In this document: piece after piece, positions 11,501 to 21,252 of the stretch
How positions within the stretch are numbered: the stretch's first letter is position 1
Layout: each line of letters opens with the position of its first letter
Assembly (NCBI GenBank): GCA_029054825.1
Contig: JAIDEM010000116.1
Location: 1-61,536, forward strand
Length of the DNA stretch: 61,536 nucleotides
Reading direction: 5' to 3'
DNA from: Prevotella sp.
GTDB lineage: Bacteria > Bacteroidota > Bacteroidia > Bacteroidales > Bacteroidaceae
Notes under the pieces: model-generated
Database searches by the model: none
The model's input: the letters and a program-made list of their open reading frames with translations, nothing else
What the model was told of the DNA's origin: nothing
Position numbers and translations under genes: made by a program

Positions 11501-11805
11501 TATGGAACCCTGCAGCATCTACAGCCATGCGTCTTACAGACTACGCCGTAGAGGACGCATCTTTCCTCCGCCTGCAGCAGATTACAATAGGATACTCCCT
11601 GCCTAAGAAACTCCTCAAGAAATTCTCTTGCAAGGGTCTCCGCATATATTTCACAGGTTCAAACCTCTTCTGCTGGACAAACTACTCCGGCAACGACCCA
11701 GAGGTGGACGTCTCTTCAAAGAGAAACGCAATGTGCCCTGGTGTAGACTATGCATCATATCCTAAGAGCCGCACATACATGTTCGGTGCAAACCTCTCAT
11801 TCTAA
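8503..11805 (+). CDS. susC: SusC/RagA family TonB-dependent transporter
   Basis: Signal peptide, [46 protein letters not shown], C-terminal [15 protein letters not shown]. Confidence 0.96.
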   Translation: [1100 protein letters not shown]

Positions 11806-11847
11806 CATACCCTGAATAAGAAACAAAAACATATAAAGGCAACTACA

Positions 11848-13989
11848 ATGAAAAATATATTCAAGACAGCAATATTTGCCGCTGGTGTGCTTGGCCTGGC
11901 CGCATGTTCTGACTTCCTGGACCAAAGGCCTCCTTCTGACCTCCGTCCGGAGGAGATGTGGTCTTCTCCAGAGGCAGCAGAACTGGGCATCAACAAGCTC
12001 TACGGCATGATGACTGATAACACATATGGCCAGCAGATACCTATCCTCTTTGGAACAGGTACAGACTACGAGCTGATTGACGGCCTGGGAACAGAGTCGC
12101 TCAACACCACCAGTGAGCGTGGTAACATGAACTACAACTACAGCACTGCATGGACAACCCTGAACACAGCCTGGAACAATATCTATTCACTGATAAACAA
12201 CTGTAACATCGCTATCAAAAGCATAAGGGAAAGCGGTTCTACAGAGAACGGTTCTGTGGAGGATCAGGCAAAGATGAAGCGTTTCCTCGGCGAAGTTCTG
12301 ACCATCCGCGCTATGGCATATCTCGACCTTACGAGAATGTGGGGCGATGTTCCTTTCCGCACAGATGAGAACATGGATTCAAACTATGAGGGAAAGACCG
12401 ACCGCGATGTCATCCAGGACGCCTGCATAAAGGATCTCAAGGAAGCTGTAAACTATCTCCCATGGGCAGGTGAGGGAGTGACTACTGAGCATGCCACAAA
12501 GGGATATGCTTACGGTCTCCTCGCACAGACTGCGTTGACACGCGCAGGATACTCCATCAGAGAGAGCGCAAAGGCCGGTTACGAGAACCTCGGTGACACA
12601 GAAGGAGAGCCGCTGAAGTCATACTGCGACGCTACATATCCTACACAGCGCCCTGACGAGGCAACACGTAAAGAATACTACAAGATCGCCGCTGAAGCTG
12701 CCGCTGAAGTAATAAAGTCCGGACGCCACCAGCTCAATCCTTCGTTTGAGGACGAGTGGAAGATGATCAACCAGCTGAGACTTGACCAGACATATCAGGA
12801 GAATATATTCGAGATACCTAACGGCATGGGCGTGACAGGTGAACTCGGATACACAGTAGGAAAGCGTATCAACGGTGCTACAAGATATTTCGGTACAAAG
12901 GGCAACTCATCCGGCAAGCTCAAGCTCACCGGTGAACTCTGGCAGACATATCACAGCACAGGACGTGTGATGACAGAATCAAGCAGACCTACCAACAACA
13001 TCGCAGCCAGCTACAAGGCTCTTGACACACGTCGCGATGTCACACTGACACTCTTCCAGTATAGAGAAGGTACAGGCTTCAAGTATTATAACGTGACACA
13101 TCCTGAACTTCTCTTCTACGAGGACAACACAAGTAAGGGTCCATTCGGCTTCTACTGTGGCAAGTGGAATCCAGAATGGTGGACAGATGCCCTAAAGAGT
13201 GTTGCAAAGAATGCTGGCGATGCAAAATGGAACACAGGCATCAATGTAGTACGCATGCGCTATTCACAGATACTGCTCAACTATGCAGAGGCTTGCTACC
13301 TCCTCGGCGGTGCAGGCTACAAAATAGACGGTGCTCCTACAGCATTGGAAGCCCTCACTGAAGTTCACTGTCGTGCATACGAGACAGAAAACAAAGCTGC
13401 AGGTAAGGACTTCATAGAGGAAAAGGCAAACGCTGACTTCATGGAAGCCATCTATGCCGAGAATGCATGGGAGTTTGCTGGCGAGGGTGTCCGCAAATGG
13501 GAACTCATCCGCTGGGGACAGTTGTCACACAAGATTGTCGAAGCCAAGAAGAACTATATAGAAGGTGTATACCAGCAGCCATCAAGAGGCGGATACCCAC
13601 GTTCGTTCTACTACCGCTTCAAGACTGTAGACCTTGGCAACGGTATAGAACTTCTCGCTGCAGACCCTGCTACATTCTGCTGGGGAGAGAACTGGCCTAC
13701 ATACCCAGACGACTCCAAGGCTGCCACAAACAATGACTGCATGACACAGAAATGGTTCGCACATGGCGATAATGCTTCATCAGAAGCAAACAAGATAACA
13801 AACCTGCCATCAATATGTGACGGTCTGAACCCTTGGAGCAATATACCTGAGGCTTCAGAGAAACCACATAACTTTACTCTCTTCAACACACAGACAAACA
13901 CTACTGTAAGGAACCGCTACATTATGCCTATTGGAGCCATCACCGTTTCCGCATCAAACGGCAACCTTGCGAACTCCTACGGCTATTAA
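11848..13989 (+). CDS. susD: SusD/RagB family glycan-binding lipoprotein
   Basis: Lipobox LAAC-SDFLD, GEVLTIRAMAYLDLTRMWGDVP, RYSQILLNYAEA, EFAGEGVRKWELIRWG; follows susC. Confidence 0.94.
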   Translation: MKNIFKTAIFAAGVLGLAACSDFLDQRPPSDLRPEEMWSSPEAAELGINKLYGMMTDNTYGQQIPILFGTGTDYELIDGLGTESLNTTSERGNMNYNYSTAWTTLNTAWNNIYSLINNCNIAIKSIRESGSTENGSVEDQAKMKRFLGEVLTIRAMAYLDLTRMWGDVPFRTDENMDSNYEGKTDRDVIQDACIKDLKEAVNYLPWAGEGVTTEHATKGYAYGLLAQTALTRAGYSIRESAKAGYENLGDTEGEPLKSYCDATYPTQRPDEATRKEYYKIAAEAAAEVIKSGRHQLNPSFEDEWKMINQLRLDQTYQENIFEIPNGMGVTGELGYTVGKRINGATRYFGTKGNSSGKLKLTGELWQTYHSTGRVMTESSRPTNNIAASYKALDTRRDVTLTLFQYREGTGFKYYNVTHPELLFYEDNTSKGPFGFYCGKWNPEWWTDALKSVAKNAGDAKWNTGINVVRMRYSQILLNYAEACYLLGGAGYKIDGAPTALEALTEVHCRAYETENKAAGKDFIEEKANADFMEAIYAENAWEFAGEGVRKWELIRWGQLSHKIVEAKKNYIEGVYQQPSRGGYPRSFYYRFKTVDLGNGIELLAADPATFCWGENWPTYPDDSKAATNNDCMTQKWFAHGDNASSEANKITNLPSICDGLNPWSNIPEASEKPHNFTLFNTQTNTTVRNRYIMPIGAITVSASNGNLANSYGY

Positions 13990-14012
13990 TATCATAAAAA
14001 AGCAATACAGCA

Positions 14013-14624
14013 ATGAAGAATATAAAATATATGCTATTTGCCGTAATGGCGACAGTAATGTCCAGCATCACGGTATCATGCAGCACCGACGGCAACGATT
14101 GGGAGGCAGACCCGACATATGACCGCGTCTTCACTCCGAACTCTGTAAGCATCTCAACAACAGGAGGTGTATCAACAATAACATGGACAACTTATGACAA
14201 AGGTGATTATTATGTCATTGAAGTCACAAATCTTTCTCCACAATACTTAAAAGACGACATGCCAGAAGGTACTTGTCTTGATGACAAGATACAGGCATGG
14301 GAAGCATGGGAAGCATGGGAAGCATGGGAAGCATGGAGACAAGACAATACCCTTCCTAAACCAGAAGGAGAAGAAATCACCTCTGAACCTACAGTATCAA
14401 AACCTGTCATTATGCCTTATGACAAGGTTTTCGGCCGTGATGAGAGCAACAGGATCACAGGTACATCCTACACTTTGCCTGACCACCTGGCAAGCGGCAT
14501 GTACCAGCTCCGCATAAAGGCTTGTTCTACAACTGGGCGTCAGGAGTCTAACTGGCTGTATCTCACCAAGGACAATGACCAGTTCTTTGAAATTGGCGGA
14601 GACTCTGGTGAGGAAGAAGAATAA
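14013..14624 (+). CDS. PUL-associated lipoprotein, possibly Fn3-like, containing a (WEA)n repeat
   Basis: Lipobox TVSC, position after susD, beta-rich segments, acidic tail. Confidence 0.7.
   Translation: MKNIKYMLFAVMATVMSSITVSCSTDGNDWEADPTYDRVFTPNSVSISTTGGVSTITWTTYDKGDYYVIEVTNLSPQYLKDDMPEGTCLDDKIQAWEAWEAWEAWEAWRQDNTLPKPEGEEITSEPTVSKPVIMPYDKVFGRDESNRITGTSYTLPDHLASGMYQLRIKACSTTGRQESNWLYLTKDNDQFFEIGGDSGEEEE
14295..14336 (+). repeat. Perfect 9-bp tandem repeat (GCATGGGAA)x4 plus a partial copy, in frame
   Basis: gcatgggaa gcatgggaa gcatgggaa gcatgggaa gcatgg encodes AWEAWEAWEAWEAW. Confidence 0.95.
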
Positions 14625-14730
14625 TCCCAAAGAAGAGATGCGTCTGCATGACAAAAAGGCTGTACCTACATAACACATCTGTTTAATATAAGGTACAGAC
14701 ACTTAGGCATAGAAGATGCATGAATATAAC

Positions 14731-14776
14731 AAAGAGGTTGTACGGTAATATGGAAATTACTATACAACCTCTTTTC
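14731..14776. terminator. Probable bidirectional intrinsic terminator between the PUL and upp
   Basis: aaagaggttgta...tacaacctctttt. Confidence 0.6.
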
Positions 14777-14827
14777 ATTTGTACTTCGGTGTCATATACT
14801 CCTTTACATCACACTCTATAGTAAACT

Positions 14828-14885
14828 ATGAGGACTCACTCGATAAACATGAGGGATTAAGCATGTTTATCGAGTGAGTCCTCAT
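14828..14885. repeat. 24-bp perfect inverted repeat with 10-nt loop
   Basis: atgaggactcactcgataaacatg-agggattaag-catgtttatcgagtgagtcctcat. Confidence 0.9.
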
Positions 14886-15214
14886 TGATTGCTCTCTTAT
14901 TTGTCATGTCCTGTTATCTGCGACAGGAACATGCCGATAATCCAAATGATAATGCAGACTAACATCATAACTTTACTCTCCTATCATTTTTATTTACTCT
15001 GTATATTTCCATATATAGTTATGTGATACACCATGCTGATACGCTTTGGCATATAGCTTTCAGGTCAACACCGTTCATGTTCCCGAACATGAGTCCTTAT
15101 GCATATTGTGTGGCGGAATGTTTCCTTATGCATATCAATCTTCAGGCATTCAACCTTCGGACATCTTCCGCATAGAGACGAAAGGCACTACAGCGTCTGC
15201 GACTGCAGAAAGAG

Positions 15215-15874
15215 CTACAGCTTATCGCCGTACATCAAGTCGCCGGCATCGCCGAGACCTGGTACGATATACTTATGGCTGTTCAGCTCCGGGTCGACAG
15301 CACCGCAATACAGTACGACATCATTAGACGGGAAGAACTTCCTGAGATAGTCCACCCCACCCTTCGCGGCAATGACACAGGCCATGACGAGACGCTTTGG
15401 CGTGCCCTTTGTACAGAAAGCCTCATAGGCAAGCTCCATCGAACCGCCCGTGGCGAGCATCGGGTCGACAAGGATAAGAGTCTTCCCCTCAAGGTCAGGA
15501 GTGGCGATATACTCTATCTTTATCCCGACATCCGTACCCTCCTTATCCTTGTAATAACGATAGGCAGAGACAAAGGCATTGCCAGCCTCGTCGAAGACAT
15601 CAAGGAAGCCCTGATGAAGCGGCAGTCCGGCACGGAACACTGTGCCGATGACAATCTCCTCGGCAGGGACACTTGCCACAGCCTCCGCCAACGGAGTCTG
15701 TATCCGTATATCCTTGTATTCCAGCATCTTGCTCACCTCATACGCCATAGCATGACCTATGCGCACCACATTCTGACGGAAGCGCAGACGATCCTTCTGC
15801 ACATTCACGTCGCGCAGTTCACTGACATACTTGTTTATGACAGTCCTCTGCTTGCTCAAATCCACTACTTTCAT
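15215..15874 (-). CDS. upp: Uracil phosphoribosyltransferase
   Basis: LVDPMLATGGS PRPP-binding motif, YIVPGLGDAGDLMYG. Confidence 0.96.
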   Translation of the reverse strand: MKVVDLSKQRTVINKYVSELRDVNVQKDRLRFRQNVVRIGHAMAYEVSKMLEYKDIRIQTPLAEAVASVPAEEIVIGTVFRAGLPLHQGFLDVFDEAGNAFVSAYRYYKDKEGTDVGIKIEYIATPDLEGKTLILVDPMLATGGSMELAYEAFCTKGTPKRLVMACVIAAKGGVDYLRKFFPSNDVVLYCGAVDPELNSHKYIVPGLGDAGDLMYGDKL

Positions 15875-15919
15875 TCTATCTGTTGTTGACTTATGTTATC
15901 AAATCCACATGCTTGCTTG

Positions 15920-15988
15920 CAAAGTTAGTGAAATAATTTTAAAATAAAGTCTAAGTGTTTGATAATTTCCAAGTTTTTCGTAATTTTG
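15920..15988. promoter_or_regulatory. Divergent upp / pckA -7 promoter boxes
   Basis: TAACTTTG on - strand (15920-15927); TAATTTTG on + strand (15981-15988). Confidence 0.6.
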
Positions 15989-16098
15989 TATTCAAATAAG
16001 CGTGCCTCACCACCCTGTAAGCAGGGGATTGAACGAGTGACGTGCATGTATCAGGAAAACAAGTTAAAGTTTTACAAACCAATAAATTATTACACGAA

Positions 16099-17700
16099 AT
16101 GGCAAATTTGGATTTGACTCAGTACGGCATCACTGGCTCTACAGTGATCGCTCACAATCCTTCCTACGAGCAGTTGTTCGAGGAGGAGACAAAGGCAGGT
16201 CTCGAAGGTTACGAGGTAGGTAAAGAGACAGAGCTTGGCGCAGTGAACGTCATGACAGGTATCTACACTGGCCGTTCACCTAAGGACAAGTACATCGTCA
16301 TGGACGAGAATTCCAAGGACACTGTATGGTGGACAACTGACGAATACAAGAATGACAACCACCCTATGTCTGAGGAAGTATGGGCTCAGGTTAAGGAAAT
16401 CGCGAAGACAGAGCTCTGCAACAAGAACCTCTATGTTGTAGATGCATTCTGCGGTGCAAACAAGGACACACGCATGGCAGTGCGCTTCATCGTCGAGGTA
16501 GCATGGCAGGCACACTTCGTGACAAACATGTTCATCAAGCCTACAGCAGAGGAGCTTGCAGAGTTCACACCTGACTTCGTTGTCTACAACGCATCAAAGG
16601 CAAAGGTAGAGAACTACAAGGAGCTCGGACTCAACTCCGAGACCTGCGTGGCTTTCAACACAACAAGCAAGGAGCAGGTCATCATCAACACATGGTACGG
16701 CGGCGAGATGAAGAAGGGTATGTTCTCCATGATGAACTACTTCCTCCCTCTCAAGGGCATCGCTTCCATGCACTGCTCTGCAAACTGCGACATGAACGGC
16801 GAGAACACAGCCATCTTCTTCGGCCTCTCCGGCACAGGAAAGACTACTCTCTCTACCGATCCTAAGCGCCGCCTCATAGGTGACGACGAGCACGGATGGG
16901 ACGACAACGGTGTCTTCAACTTCGAGGGCGGATGCTATGCAAAGGTCATCAACCTCTCCAAGGAGAACGAGCCAGACATCTACGGAGCCATCAAGCGCAA
17001 CGCTCTCCTTGAGAACGTCACAGTGGCAGAGGACGGCACAATCGACTTCGCAGACAAGTCCGTGACAGAGAACACACGTGTCTCTTACCCTATCGACCAC
17101 ATCAACAACATCCAGGAAGGCTCTTCTGCACCAGCTGCGAAGAACGTCATCTTCCTCTCTGCTGACGCATTCGGTGTGCTTCCTCCAGTATCCATACTGA
17201 CTCCGGAGCAGACACAGTACTACTTCCTCTCTGGCTTCACAGCAAAGCTCGCAGGTACAGAGCGCGGCATCACAGAGCCTACACCGACATTCTCTGCTTG
17301 CTTCGGCCAGGCATTCCTTGAGCTCCATCCTACAAAGTACGCCGAGGAACTCGTGAAGAAGATGCAGAAGTCAGGCGCAAAGGCATACCTCGTCAACACA
17401 GGCTGGAACGGTACAGGCAAGCGTATCTCTATCCCTGACACACGTGGTATTATCGACGCTATCCTCGACGGCTCTATCCTCAAGGCAGAGACAAAGAAGA
17501 TTCCTATGTTCGACTTCGAGGTTCCTACAGCGCTTCCTAACGTCAATCCAGCCATCCTCGACCCACGCGACACATACGATTGCGCTTGCAAGTGGGAAGA
17601 GAAGGCTAAGGACCTCGCAGGACGCTTCATCAAGAACTTCGAGAAGTATACTACAAACGAAGCAGGCAAGGCTCTCGTAGCTGCCGGTCCGAAGCTCTAA
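16099..17700 (+). CDS. pckA: Phosphoenolpyruvate carboxykinase (ATP)
   Basis: [44 protein letters not shown]; ATG 16099 preferred over GTG 16042. Confidence 0.97.
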   Translation: MANLDLTQYGITGSTVIAHNPSYEQLFEEETKAGLEGYEVGKETELGAVNVMTGIYTGRSPKDKYIVMDENSKDTVWWTTDEYKNDNHPMSEEVWAQVKEIAKTELCNKNLYVVDAFCGANKDTRMAVRFIVEVAWQAHFVTNMFIKPTAEELAEFTPDFVVYNASKAKVENYKELGLNSETCVAFNTTSKEQVIINTWYGGEMKKGMFSMMNYFLPLKGIASMHCSANCDMNGENTAIFFGLSGTGKTTLSTDPKRRLIGDDEHGWDDNGVFNFEGGCYAKVINLSKENEPDIYGAIKRNALLENVTVAEDGTIDFADKSVTENTRVSYPIDHINNIQEGSSAPAAKNVIFLSADAFGVLPPVSILTPEQTQYYFLSGFTAKLAGTERGITEPTPTFSACFGQAFLELHPTKYAEELVKKMQKSGAKAYLVNTGWNGTGKRISIPDTRGIIDAILDGSILKAETKKIPMFDFEVPTALPNVNPAILDPRDTYDCACKWEEKAKDLAGRFIKNFEKYTTNEAGKALVAAGPKL

Positions 17701-17802
17701 AGCTCCACTCCCGGGCACATGTCCCTGCCATGCAGGACACAAAACGCCCGTAAAGAGATAAAGCATGAAGGGAAACAAGCCCTTCAGTACAAAAAAATCA
17801 CT

Positions 17803-17841
17803 ACAGTCCCGTTTCTTTTCGGAAGCGGGACTGTTTTTTTT
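17803..17841 (+). terminator. Intrinsic terminator of pckA
   Basis: acagtcccg..cgggactgt followed by a T-run. Confidence 0.8.
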
Positions 17842-18014
17842 CGTCACCGCTCACGCAATGGAGGATAGCCTGCAACACTCCGAAAGACATATCCCGCACA
17901 ATCGAAAGACACGCCACACTCAGCCCCAAAAACAGCCTCGCAATATAACCGCACGACCGTAAAGCCCCACAACCATGACATCCCCCGCACGACTGTGCCA
18001 AACCCGCGCCCGAA

Positions 18015-18093
18015 AAGGGTGACACTTCACCATGTGAAAGATAACCTTTCATCATGCAAAGGGTGACCCTCCGCAATACAAAAGGTAACCCTT
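18015..18093. repeat. 22-bp-period array of 4 palindromes AARGGTNACCYTT (array 2)
   Basis: Cores at 18018, 18040, 18062, 18084. Confidence 0.9.
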
Positions 18094-18458
18094 TGCAAAG
18101 CACCCCCATACAGCGGCTGTCAACACCCTCTCAACACGGATAACAAAGCCATATGGCAAGGACAACAAAGCCATACGGTAAAACTTATTTATATTTATGA
18201 CAAAGTCGCATACTCAACACGACAAAACCTCTTACACCTTACTGAAAAACCATACACCCAATGTTGCAAAACTCCATACCCCACAATATAAAGCCACATA
18301 TTCCTTACGCAAAGTCACTGCGGCAAACGTATAAACGAAAGCCATACAAGCCCCTCACGAGAGAGTTCCGGCAGCCTCGGCAGACCACATCTCACACTAT
18401 TGTATCATCAGCCTTCAGATTTCACGGATTTTCCTTGTACAAAATACACCCAAACCCC

Positions 18459-18548
18459 TTATTGTGTGCGTACACAGCGATGATTCTTGACATTCGTCAG
18501 TTTATCGCGGAAAAACAATAAAAAATTTGCTGTGTACGCACACAATAA
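18459..18548. promoter_or_regulatory. 20-bp perfect inverted repeat with 50-bp spacer, just upstream of the -7 box at 18561
   Basis: ttattgtgtgcgtacacagc (18459-18478) / gctgtgtacgcacacaataa (18529-18548). Confidence 0.7.
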
Positions 18549-18571
18549 CAAAAAAGTTTATACCTTTGCAT

Positions 18572-18715
18572 CGCATTTGGGATAAATGCATTCATTTAGG
18601 TTAGTTAGTTTGATAGATTTTTTAAGGTAAAAGATTATGTTATTAGTAAGACTGTGATTATTGTCAAGTCTTGATAGCGTCCAGTATAAGTGATTATGCT
18701 GGACGTTATTTCTTT
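18572..18715 (+). ncRNA. Putative orphan small RNA (~144 nt)
   Basis: TACCTTTG box at 18561-18568, AU-rich body, terminator atagcgtccagtata..tatgctggacgttatttcttt; next gene has its own -7 box at 18943. Confidence 0.6.
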
Positions 18716-19065
18716 ATCCCTGTACCATCGGCAGAACCGCAAGAGACCCAGCGGAATGCGGGAAACGCGACCCGAGTTCCCATCCTTTACACCATGCTCC
18801 GCCGGAAGCCTGCAAAGACCCATGCCACCGCACAGCCGTGAAATACCACAATGTTTAGTCAAAAGACCTTAAAAAAGATGGTAATAATATATAATTTCGA
18901 TAATTAAAGATGTGAAAATTGCATTTTTCCGAATATTTAAATTAATTTTGCAAAGAATTAGGTACGCCCGTGAACACCTAAACGGCACAGTCCTATAGGA
19001 CGAGCACAGGCTACAGCGGGCAAAACAAGTCATACAGATACCCTTTGACCATCTACATGCGGAAT

Positions 19066-20445
19066 ATGAGCAACAAACATTCTATAGCGACAATCATACT
19101 TGCAGCCATGACGCTGCTCTCGTCCTGCATAGGGGACGATGAAGTAATTGTAAACTACTACAACGACGTTGCCGTGACGACATTCTCCCTCGGCAGCATC
19201 AAGCACACCGTCTACACGAAGAAAAAGACAGACCCGACACAGGACTCCTCCTATGTCGAGACCATCTCCTACAGCCATTACCCGTTCCATATAGACAACA
19301 CCAACAGCTGCATCTACAACACCGATTCACTGCTCTCCAACACAGAGATCGCAAAGAGCCTTGCCAATATCTCGGTAAAGAACGCCGGATACATGGCATG
19401 GAAAGACCTTGAGGGCGACACCTATACAGAATTCGCCGCAACAGACACCGTCGATCTCTCGCAGCCACGCACACTCAGAGTGATGGCAAACGACGGTTCA
19501 TGGTACAAGGACTACACCGTCACCGTCCTCATGCATACCGAAGGCGCCGACTCCCTCTACTGGGAGCCGAAGGGTTCTGACGCAGCCATAGCACGTCTGA
19601 GCAGCATACGCGGCATACGCATTGCCGACAGGCTCATCGTCTACGGTACAGAGAACGGCTCTGCAAAGACATATACCAGCAGCACCGGCGACGGCATGTC
19701 ATGGCAGGAACTGCAGACAGGATTCGGAACTCCTGTGTCCATGGCGGCAAACAGCACAAAAGGCTTTGCCCTTATGAACGACGGCACAGTATGCTCCTCC
19801 ACAGACGGCGTGAACTGGAGCTACGAGACTTCCAACGCCGGAATGCGACAGCTCGTGGCGGCCTCCACGTCTGAGCTCTACGCTGTAGGCGATGGAGCAC
19901 AGATAATCACGTTCAACCTCAAGGACAGGACTGTGAAGACAGAGACCCTTGACGGCATATTCCCGACAAAAGACATACAGGGCTACACGACACAGATAGC
20001 CACCAACCCCGAGATGGAGCGGGTTTCGCTTTTCGGAAACAACGACAGTGAGAAGTCCATGATTGCCTGGGTGAAGATTGTTGACAACAACGACCCGAAG
20101 CGAAGTCAGAAATGGGCTTACCAGACTCCCGACAACTCCAGCACACATAAGGCTCCGGCACTTGAGGACGCAAGGCTGGCGGCGTACGGCACAGGTACCC
20201 TGCTCTTCGGCGGCAAAGGCATAAACGAGAACGAGGAGACAGCATACGAGAACATACGCTTCTCTCCCGACAACGGCAAGAACTGGTGGACGAAATGGGG
20301 CAACACACAGATGTACCTGCCGGAGGGCTTCTACAAGACAGCAAACTCCACAGCCGTAATCAATGACGGAGGACACTTCTGGATAATCTGTGGCGGCACA
20401 GGACAGATATGGAAAGGCCATATCACTACCTTCAGCTGGCAGTAA
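19066..20445 (+). CDS. Lipoprotein, DUF6242-like
   Basis: Lipobox LSSC, IYNTDSL motif, usual position upstream of porG-uppS-bamA in Bacteroidales. Confidence 0.7.
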   Translation: MSNKHSIATIILAAMTLLSSCIGDDEVIVNYYNDVAVTTFSLGSIKHTVYTKKKTDPTQDSSYVETISYSHYPFHIDNTNSCIYNTDSLLSNTEIAKSLANISVKNAGYMAWKDLEGDTYTEFAATDTVDLSQPRTLRVMANDGSWYKDYTVTVLMHTEGADSLYWEPKGSDAAIARLSSIRGIRIADRLIVYGTENGSAKTYTSSTGDGMSWQELQTGFGTPVSMAANSTKGFALMNDGTVCSSTDGVNWSYETSNAGMRQLVAASTSELYAVGDGAQIITFNLKDRTVKTETLDGIFPTKDIQGYTTQIATNPEMERVSLFGNNDSEKSMIAWVKIVDNNDPKRSQKWAYQTPDNSSTHKAPALEDARLAAYGTGTLLFGGKGINENEETAYENIRFSPDNGKNWWTKWGNTQMYLPEGFYKTANSTAVINDGGHFWIICGGTGQIWKGHITTFSWQ

Positions 20446-20503
20446 GCCAAGAGAAAGTACGCACAACATCACGCCGCATCATATTCCCTATATATATTAA
20501 GGT

Positions 20504-21190
20504 ATGAAACATAAAATCCTCACACTGCTCCTCGCCATGACAGCCGTCACGACAGCCATGGCACAGGACGAGCCTCTCTACCGCAGGGAGATAGGTATCG
20601 GTGTGGGAATGACAAACTATCTCGGAGACTTCAACAGTTCGCTGGCAAAGGGGATGCAACCAGCCTTCAGCCTTGTCTACAGGCGCACGTTCAGCCCTTA
20701 CTGCGGACTGCGGTTCGATCTCGGATACACACAGCTGAAAGGCTCCAGCGCCGACGTCACGACCTACTACCCTGACTACGCCGAAGAGCCATACACGTTC
20801 AAGCGCAACATGACCGATTTCAACATCGTCTTCGAGTATAACTTCTGGCCTTACGGTACAGGAAGAGACTACCGCGGCGCGAAAAGGCTCACGCCCTATA
20901 TCTTTGCAGGCATCGGCATGACAGTCGCCTCGGGCAACGACGCCGGCAGCAGCGTAGGGGCAAACGTCCCTCTCGGCATCGGACTGAAATACAAGGTAGG
21001 ACAGAGGGTGAACCTTGGGCTTGAATGGGGCGTGCACATCTCGACAAGCGACGAGCTTGACGGCAGGAAAGACCCTTACAGCATAAAGAGTTCCGGCATC
21101 TTCAAGAACACCGACTGCTACTCTTCCCTGCGCGCCACGCTGACATACAGCTTCTCAGCAAAGTGCAGGACATGCAACAAATATGACTGA
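20504..21190 (+). CDS. porG: Outer-membrane beta-barrel protein, PorG/DUF6089-like (T9SS-associated)
   Basis: Signal peptide, YLGD, FEYNF, SDELDG, C-terminal CxxC; synteny with uppS-bamA-skp. Confidence 0.7.
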   Translation: MKHKILTLLLAMTAVTTAMAQDEPLYRREIGIGVGMTNYLGDFNSSLAKGMQPAFSLVYRRTFSPYCGLRFDLGYTQLKGSSADVTTYYPDYAEEPYTFKRNMTDFNIVFEYNFWPYGTGRDYRGAKRLTPYIFAGIGMTVASGNDAGSSVGANVPLGIGLKYKVGQRVNLGLEWGVHISTSDELDGRKDPYSIKSSGIFKNTDCYSSLRATLTYSFSAKCRTCNKYD

Positions 21191-21252
21191 AAAGACTGCC
21201 GGCCACCAGATACCGACACAATAAAATACTCTATAGAACACATCCGAAACCC

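Noticed and set aside
16042-16098. Longer upstream starts in the ORF track for pckA, skp1, skp3, yicC and eptA
   Set aside because: Extensions run through promoter, terminator or repeat DNA; downstream ATGs match family N-termini
17765-18521. Short ORFs in the pckA downstream gap (65-102 aa)
   Set aside because: They translate repeat or low-complexity intergenic DNA and have no protein-like features
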